From contig CAZSTA010000017.1 of the NCBI GenBank assembly GCA_964609495.1, positions 1-32,073 of the forward strand: a DNA stretch of 32,073 nt. Reading direction: 5' to 3'. The stretch comes from an uncultured bacterium (GTDB taxonomy: Bacteria > CAZSTA01). How positions within the stretch are numbered: position 1 is the stretch's first letter; each line of letters opens with the position of its first letter. Both the position numbers and the translations under genes were made by a program. The notes under the pieces were generated by a model. That model had not been told where the DNA came from and ran no database searches. It saw nothing but the letters and a program-made list of their open reading frames with translations. Below, in pieces: positions 26,288-32,073 of the stretch.

Positions 26288-26301
26288 AGGAGAGAAGAAA
26301 T

Positions 26302-27540
26302 ATGCCCTTAGTCGTTCATAAATATGGTGGTAGTTCGGTAGCGGATGCGGAGAAGATAAAACGAGTAGCTCGTCGTATCGCTTCTGCTAAAGTAAAGGGC
26401 AATGATGCGGTAGTAGTTGTCTCCGCAAGAGGTGATACCACCGATGAGTTGCTGGAACTAGCCTATCAAGTATGCGAATTTCCGAGCGAGCGCGAGATAG
26501 ATATGCTATTAGCGACTGGAGAGCAGATATCGATCGCCTTGGTCTCTATGGCTCTTCACTCCCTGGGATATGATGCGATCTCCTTTACTGGCGCCCAAGG
26601 GGGGATAATCACTGATACAGCTCATACCAATGCCAGGATAGTGGAAGTGAAGACAGATCGAATCTTAAGGGAACTGGAAAAGGGTAAGATCGTCATTGTC
26701 GCTGGCTTTCAGGGAGTGAGTATCGAGGATGAGATCACCACCTTGGGAAGAGGAGGATCTGATACAACTGCGGTCGCTCTGGCTGCGGTTTTGAAGGCTG
26801 ATGTCTGTGAGATATACACCGATGTGGAGGGGGTATATACCGCTGATCCCAGGGTAGTTGAGGATGCTAGAAAGATCGACTATATAAGCTATGATGAGAT
26901 GCTGGAGCTAGCCAGCCTTGGCGCTCAGGTTTTACAGTTAAGAGCAGTAGAGTTTGCGAAAAGATATGGGGTCAAGANNNNNNNNNNCAAGATCCATGTT
27001 CGCTCCAGCTTTAATAATAACCGGGGAACTACTGTAGAAGGAGATACGGATATGATGGAAAAGGTTGTAGTGCGGGGGATCACTCATGATGCCAATGTAA
27101 CTAAGATGGCTATGGTCTCCGTTCCCGATAGACCAGGTATAGCGGCCAGGTTATTTAAGGCCGTTGCCGCGAGGAATATAAATATCAGGTTGATCGTCCA
27201 AGGGGTCACTACTCGTGGTAACAAAAGCGATATTTCATTCATCGTCTCTAAGGGCAACTTTGAGAAGGTTAAAAAGATCACTGAGGGACTGGTTGACGAG
27301 TTAGCCGCGGAGGGAGTGTTATATGATGAGGGAGTAGCCCTGGTTTCTATCGTGGGCTTGGGTATCGCTAATACTCCAGGGGTCGCCGCAGATATGTTCG
27401 CGACCCTAGCGGCAGAAGAGATCAATATCGAGATGATCAGCACCTCGGAGATAAAGATATCCTGCCTCATTCGAGAAGAGGAAGTGAATAAAGCGGTCAA
27501 AGCTTTACATCAGAAATTTATCTCGGCTAGGGAGGAGTGA
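26302..27540 (+). CDS. lysC: Aspartate kinase (contains a 10 N gap)
   Basis: [52 protein letters not shown], and two ACT domains ([10 protein letters not shown]). Confidence 0.97.
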   Translation: MPLVVHKYGGSSVADAEKIKRVARRIASAKVKGNDAVVVVSARGDTTDELLELAYQVCEFPSEREIDMLLATGEQISIALVSMALHSLGYDAISFTGAQGGIITDTAHTNARIVEVKTDRILRELEKGKIVIVAGFQGVSIEDEITTLGRGGSDTTAVALAAVLKADVCEIYTDVEGVYTADPRVVEDARKIDYISYDEMLELASLGAQVLQLRAVEFAKRYGVKXXXXKIHVRSSFNNNRGTTVEGDTDMMEKVVVRGITHDANVTKMAMVSVPDRPGIAARLFKAVAARNINIRLIVQGVTTRGNKSDISFIVSKGNFEKVKKITEGLVDELAAEGVLYDEGVALVSIVGLGIANTPGVAADMFATLAAEEINIEMISTSEIKISCLIREEEVNKAVKALHQKFISAREE

Positions 27541-27544
27541 TCGA

Positions 27545-28567
27545 ATGTCCTATAATGTAGCTGTCGTAGGCGCAGGAATGGTGGGAAAGGAGCTAGTTCG
27601 AGTCCTGAAGGAGAGAAAATTCCCTATCAATGATCTTAAGATATTAGCGACCAGAGAGCGTGATGAGGATATTTATGGCGAGACTTATCATGTGTTAAAG
27701 ATAAGCGATGAGGAATTCGATGGAGTGCAGATCTCCCTCTTCGCGGGAAGGGAGGGGGAGAAGGGAGCTAGCAAGCAGTTTGGATTTAAGGCCATAGAGA
27801 AGGGAGTAGTGGTCATCGATAATGCTTCTACTTTCCGTATGTATCCTGATATCCCTCTGATCGTTCCGGAGGTGAATCCCCATCGGTTGACTAAAGAGGC
27901 TCGTTTCTATGCGAATCCCAACTGCTCAACTATTCAGTTAGTAGTGGCCTTAGCTCCCCTTCATCGAGCAGCGCGGATCAGAAGGATCGTGGTATGCACC
28001 TATCAATCCGTCTCCGGTTGGGGACGCGCCGCCGTAGCCGAGTTGAGGAAACAGACTCCGCAAGCTCTCACAGGAGAAAGGGTGGAGGTCAATACAAGCA
28101 TAATTCCTTATCAGATCGCCCTTAACGTCGTTCCTCAAATAGATAGCTTCTTAGAGGATGGTTATACCAAAGAGGAGCTCAAGATGAAGCAGGAGATGAG
28201 GAAGATCATAGAGGATGATAACATTCAAATCAGCACTACTACGGTAAGGGTCCCGGTCTTCATTGGTCATGCGGAAGCGGTCAACGTTGAGTTCGAGGAT
28301 CGATTAACCGCAGATGAAGCTAGAACTATTCTCTCCAATCCTGAACAATCGCCCGGAGTAATGGTTATGGATGATCCAGCGAATAAAATCTATCCCACTC
28401 CGCTTGATGCTGTAGGGCGCGATGAGGTCTTCGTAGGAAGGATTAGAGAGGATAGAAGCGTAGCCCACGGATTAAATATGTGGATTGTAGCGGATAATCT
28501 ACGAAAGGGTGCGGCTACAAATGCGGTACAGATCGCGGAGATGCTGGTGGAGAAAGGGTTGATTTAG
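27545..28567 (+). CDS. asd: Aspartate-semialdehyde dehydrogenase
   Basis: VIDNASTFRM, VPEVN, ANPNCSTIQ, TYQSVSG, VRVPVFIGH, DNLRKGAATNAVQIAE. Confidence 0.97.
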   Translation: MSYNVAVVGAGMVGKELVRVLKERKFPINDLKILATRERDEDIYGETYHVLKISDEEFDGVQISLFAGREGEKGASKQFGFKAIEKGVVVIDNASTFRMYPDIPLIVPEVNPHRLTKEARFYANPNCSTIQLVVALAPLHRAARIRRIVVCTYQSVSGWGRAAVAELRKQTPQALTGERVEVNTSIIPYQIALNVVPQIDSFLEDGYTKEELKMKQEMRKIIEDDNIQISTTTVRVPVFIGHAEAVNVEFEDRLTADEARTILSNPEQSPGVMVMDDPANKIYPTPLDAVGRDEVFVGRIREDRSVAHGLNMWIVADNLRKGAATNAVQIAEMLVEKGLI

Positions 28568-28694
28568 AATCCTCATCTTGACATTTCAAAAACATGCAAC
28601 TTTTTCGGTGATTTGTATTATTATATATAAGTGGAGGCTACTATCTATAATCTGTATTTGGCCACTTGGATTATAGTTAGCCAATAGTGAAACC

Positions 28695-28724
28695 AGCCAC
28701 TAATGTTTATTAGTGGCTATTTTT
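28695..28724 (+). terminator. Intrinsic terminator between asd and the Tat/radical SAM cassette
   Basis: AGCCACTAAT-GTTT-ATTAGTGGCT followed by ATTTTT. Confidence 0.75.
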
Positions 28725-28820
28725 ATTTATAAGGAGGTGAAGATCTAACTCTAATCTCTCCTAATTCGGAGAGATAACTCCAAATCTTATCCGAAGAGAT
28801 TTGTAAAGGAGGATAGAAAG

Positions 28821-29375
28821 ATGTCCGAGAATAAGATAACGAGAAGGAAGTTTATGGAACTTCTAGCTGAGGTGGGATTAGCAGCTTGGCTAGCGCCTAA
28901 GTTCCTCATCACTCCGGCTTATGCCGCTGAGGCCGATGAGCTATTGAAAGAGATGGTCAGGGAGGATTTGATAGTTGATGGAGTGCTGACGAGCGTTTTA
29001 GGCACCTCCGCAATAGAGGTCTCGCCCAGAAACTTCAAGTATTTGACCGCCGCCTCTCAGAGGAAGGATTCGATAAAGCTTTGGCTTCCTAGCGAGATGG
29101 ATGATTTAGCCAGGGAATTAGCTCAATACAAGGGTCGAAAGGTCCGAGCCATCCTTTCCCCAGATAGGGCCTTTGTGGTTGTTATAGTAATAGTAGGAGT
29201 AAAGCTTCCTCCGATCATTTGCTATATACCCGCCCCTGATGTGTTCCTAGATAATATCAGGGTAAGACCTGGTATGTATGGCGACATAAAGCTTCAAGAT
29301 CAACTACTTGATTCCTTCGTGAGAGAGGGATTGCTCGACAAGGGAGTGGCGGAATTCGTTCGCCGGGCTAGATAA
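28821..29375 (+). CDS. Twin-arginine (Tat) signal protein of unknown function; candidate radical SAM substrate
   Basis: AAGGAGG RBS; ITRRKFM twin-Arg motif, hydrophobic region, PAYA cleavage site. Confidence 0.75.
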   Translation: MSENKITRRKFMELLAEVGLAAWLAPKFLITPAYAAEADELLKEMVREDLIVDGVLTSVLGTSAIEVSPRNFKYLTAASQRKDSIKLWLPSEMDDLARELAQYKGRKVRAILSPDRAFVVVIVIVGVKLPPIICYIPAPDVFLDNIRVRPGMYGDIKLQDQLLDSFVREGLLDKGVAEFVRRAR

Positions 29376-29398
29376 TAATAGTTGCTACTCGAAATCGC

Positions 29399-29431
29399 AA
29401 GGAGCCTGTTCCAATGAGGAATAGGCTCCTT
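29399..29431 (+). promoter_or_regulatory. Intergenic stem-loop between the Tat gene and the radical SAM gene
   Basis: 14 bp stem AAGGAGCCTGTTCC / GGAATAGGCTCCTT with one G-U pair. Confidence 0.6.
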
Positions 29432-29452
29432 AAAATTACCTGGAGGAGATCA

Positions 29453-30466
29453 ATGAGTGATCGAGGACAAACCTTCATCTTAGAGGTTACCGAAGGATGT
29501 AATAATAATTGTATTCACTGTTATAATATCTGGAGGAAAGCAGGAAGATCGAGAGAAGGAGAGATGAGCGCCGCGGAGATCAGAGATCTCATCCTCAAAT
29601 TGAAGAATGAGGTGAAGATCGGAACGATAGGGATCTCAGGAGGCGAGCCTTTTGTCCGAGATGATATTCTGGAGATAGCCTCCTCTATAGCCGACGAGGA
29701 GATCGCCTTATTGATCTTAACCAACGGCACCATGCTGACGAGGGAGAAGGTCGAGGCTACCTATCTCTACTCATCCTATGAGGTCCCTATTCTAAGCTAT
29801 AAGAGAGAAGTTCATAATCGGCTAGTTAGGGCGGAGGCTTTCGATAAAACTATTAAGGGAATTGCCAACATCTGCCATTATGGAGGTAGCTGGTATGCCT
29901 CTTTCGTGGCGACTAAACTTAACTATGCTGATCTAATGAAGACTGCGGAATTGGCGATAGCCTTTGGAACTAGAGGATTTATGTTCAATCGCTTAAACTT
30001 AAGCGAGGCAAACATAAGATATGCCGATCTCCTAATGCCAACAGTTGATATGTTGAAGGAAAATCTGGATACTTTATGTTCGTTAGCTGATAAATATGAA
30101 CTCCCTATATCCTTAGGAGTCCCAATTCCTCCTTGCCTAATAGATATTAGAGATTATCCAGAGCTTCACTTCGGCTGGTGTCCTGCTGGGAGGGAAGGCT
30201 CCTATTATACGATCGATCCTCGGGGTAATCTTAGAATATGTAATCACTCCGCGGTTATTTTGGGGAATCTGCGGGAGGAATCTTTCAACGAGCTTGCTGA
30301 TAAGCCTTATGTCCACAAGTTCAGAGATGCTTTGCCCAGATATTGTCAGAACTGCGAATCCGAGTTTAGAGATGAGTGTCGAGGAGGCTGTAAAGCCGCC
30401 TCCGAAGTTTGTTATCATACTATAGATGAGGTCGATCCTTTTGTAAAGATATCTCTAGGGAGGTAG
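29453..30466 (+). CDS. Radical SAM/SPASM-domain maturase (PqqE/SkfB-like)
   Basis: CNNNCIHCY, SGGEP, LTNGT; SPASM cysteines CPAG...GNLRIC...CQNC...CRGGC. Start moved to ATG 29453, which has GGAGG 6 nt upstream. Confidence 0.92.
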   Translation: MSDRGQTFILEVTEGCNNNCIHCYNIWRKAGRSREGEMSAAEIRDLILKLKNEVKIGTIGISGGEPFVRDDILEIASSIADEEIALLILTNGTMLTREKVEATYLYSSYEVPILSYKREVHNRLVRAEAFDKTIKGIANICHYGGSWYASFVATKLNYADLMKTAELAIAFGTRGFMFNRLNLSEANIRYADLLMPTVDMLKENLDTLCSLADKYELPISLGVPIPPCLIDIRDYPELHFGWCPAGREGSYYTIDPRGNLRICNHSAVILGNLREESFNELADKPYVHKFRDALPRYCQNCESEFRDECRGGCKAASEVCYHTIDEVDPFVKISLGR

Positions 30467-30546
30467 AGCATTCGGGATTGAATTTGTCCCTAATCCGGGC
30501 AATTCGTAAGAAGATCAGACGATTTATTTTTAGGAGGTGATCAAGT

Positions 30547-31167
30547 ATGAAACGTTTAGTTGTCTTAATGACCCTATCCCTGATCCTGTTGGGCTTGATC
30601 CTGACGGGAGCGGTCTGTGATGGAGGAACTACAACTGTTACAGTCAATTTGCCTACTAAGCAAGAGACCTACCTCGGAAGCGCATCTCCGGATGTAGTTC
30701 GTCCCCCCATACCTGGAGTGGGACCCGATCTCTTCCCCTGTGGCGTTGGCTACGGTACTCATAGGGACCTCTTTCAATTTGATTTTGCTAATATCCCCGC
30801 TGGCTCCACCATAAAGAGGGCTGAGATGATCCTATTCGTTTATAAGGTATATGGAGGGAGCGAATCTTATCGGGCGCATCGCATAAATAAATCTTGGGAC
30901 GAGGCTACCGCAACTTGGAATAGTTCTGCTGGTGATTTTGATCCAACGCCTGCGGATACGAAAACCATCACGGGTATAGGAGGAATATGGGTTTCGTGGG
31001 ACATAACCGCTCTGGTACAGGCTTGGTTGGACGCTCCGACTCGTGATTTTGGAGTGATGGTTCGTTCCCCAGAAGAGGCTAATGGAGGCTATGTTCTATT
31101 CGCCTCCTCAGATTATATGGATTTCTCCCACCATCCTCAGGTGAAGGTGACCTATATTAGCCCATAG
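30547..31167 (+). CDS. DNRLRE-domain (CBM96-like) putative lipoprotein
   Basis: Signal ending GAVC; LFQFDFANIPAGSTIKRAEMIL, SWDEATATWN, WVSWDITALVQAW, FASSD, PQVKVTY. Confidence 0.8.
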   Translation: MKRLVVLMTLSLILLGLILTGAVCDGGTTTVTVNLPTKQETYLGSASPDVVRPPIPGVGPDLFPCGVGYGTHRDLFQFDFANIPAGSTIKRAEMILFVYKVYGGSESYRAHRINKSWDEATATWNSSAGDFDPTPADTKTITGIGGIWVSWDITALVQAWLDAPTRDFGVMVRSPEEANGGYVLFASSDYMDFSHHPQVKVTYISP

Positions 31168-31272
31168 AGGAAGATTTGTGGGGGAAATTTTTATTCCTTC
31201 TTTACAACTAATAGAATAGGCTGAAATTCAGAGAGAAGAAGTAAGAAAATATAAAAGTTAATTTCGCAGTAT

Positions 31273-31306
31273 ATCTCATCCCTCGGTTCTCTCCGGGGGA
31301 TGAGAT
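31273..31306. other. Strong stem-loop (terminator or REP-like)
   Basis: ATCTCATCCCTCGG / CCGGGGGATGAGAT; no U tract. Confidence 0.5.
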
Positions 31307-31341
31307 CTCACAACACCAAGCCTTTCCTCAAAAAGTGCTGA

Positions 31342-31513
31342 TGGATGCATATAAAATTAGGGACTTGGAAAACATCGGATATCATCCCCAGCTCCTCCTC
31401 TTAAAGGAGAGGAGAAATTGAAATGTAGATGAAGAGAGATAACCCTTCCTTTCCTCTGAGAAGAGGAAGGCAAGGGAAGTAAGATATCAGGTCCCCGATT
31501 CTATATGCTTCCA
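31342..31513. mobile_element. 172 bp MITE with 23 bp terminal inverted repeats and a 7 bp target-site duplication
   Basis: Left TGGATGCATATAAAATTAGGGAC vs right GTCCCCGATTCTATATGCTTCCA (19/23 inverted match); flanked by GTGCTGA at 31335-31341 and 31514-31520; two internal hairpins. Confidence 0.8.
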
Positions 31514-31529
31514 GTGCTGATTGAAAAAT

Positions 31530-31558
31530 TTGAAAAATTTTTGAATCTGTGATATAAT
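31530..31558 (+). promoter_or_regulatory. Putative sigma70 promoter
   Basis: TTGAAA, 17 bp spacer, TGnTATAAT. Confidence 0.65.
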
Positions 31559-31735
31559 TAAGTAACAAATCAAACTAGTAATAAATTGAATGTAAGATAT
31601 ATACTATAAATTATCAAGATAGATTTGACTAAAGATTAGACTTTTTCTCAGAGAATAGATGAGTTGTCGGTATCTTCGATAAGTATAGTAATATCAACAA
31701 CCTTAATATTACCTTTGGTCGAAGGGGGTATTTTT

Positions 31736-32073
31736 ATGAAGATGCCTTCGATATTCGCTAGATATCAGAAGAGACGCAGCGATATTTTGAGATTTGGGGA
31801 GAGTAACATCGGGCTAGAGGTTAGCAAGCAAGCTTATGAAATAGCGAAAAAGATGAACTTCAAACCAGAGTCATCTTATCCCCAGTGGTTAAAAGAGGAA
31901 TTCCAGAGATGGAAAAGGAAAATTCTGCTCGATAAGGAAGTTAAAGTGGCAAAATATATGCTATCGAAGATCAAGCGAGAAGATATTAATTATGATAAGA
32001 TCTATTATCAGATAGTTATAAGACATAATGCAATTAAGAGAGAAATAGAAGAAGTCTTAAAGGAGTTCGCGCC
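31736..32073 (+). CDS. Hypothetical protein, truncated by the window end
   Basis: My translation: AAGGGGG RBS, ATG 31736, open to the end (MKMPSIFARYQKRRSDILRFGESNIGLEV...EEVLKEFA). Confidence 0.65.
   Translation, partial: MKMPSIFARYQKRRSDILRFGESNIGLEVSKQAYEIAKKMNFKPESSYPQWLKEEFQRWKRKILLDKEVKVAKYMLSKIKREDINYDKIYYQIVIRHNAIKREIEEVLKEFA

Noticed and set aside
26978-26987. Possible frameshift or insertion in lysC
   Set aside because: It is a 10 N gap flanked by a duplicated CAAGA, consistent with a contig join; both halves are intact.
25600-27500. Minus-strand ORFs 25600-26088 and 27084-27500 (and other short antisense ORFs)
   Set aside because: They fully overlap well-supported plus-strand genes and have low-complexity shadow composition.
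29414-29452. Radical SAM start at ATG 29414
   Set aside because: It lies in the loop of a 14 bp hairpin. ATG 29453 has a better GGAGG and gives a normal distance to the CxxxCxxC motif.

Overview
Almost entirely + strand chromosomal region, probably from a diderm Terrabacteria-type bacterium (inferred from gene content). It contains two assembly gaps (14578-14677 and 26978-26987). In order: the tail of an RsbR/STAS gene; a Psp-associated SPFH/zinc-ribbon module (YdjI/YdjG-like); a ~334 bp non-autonomous IS200/IS605-type element carrying an IscB omegaRNA (HEARO)-like scaffold but no iscB ORF, sitting between a promoter and lptC; an outer-membrane cluster (lptC-lptA-lptB, DUF3084, YqgF-like, a 1249 aa SLH/coiled-coil/beta-barrel OmpM-like tether, lptD, lptF/G); a surface-glycan cluster (acetyltransferase, DegT aminotransferase, CBM-DUF2993 fusion, O-antigen ligase, large secreted protein, GT4); apgM, an HTH/coiled-coil gene, lysC and asd; a Tat protein + radical SAM/SPASM + DNRLRE lipoprotein cassette; a MITE; and a truncated ORF. 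Most notable: the standalone omegaRNA, a ~39 bp hairpin repeat found three times in-frame inside one protein, the very long OmpM stalk, and the Tat-substrate/radical SAM cassette. All family calls come from motif recognition by eye; no searches were run.
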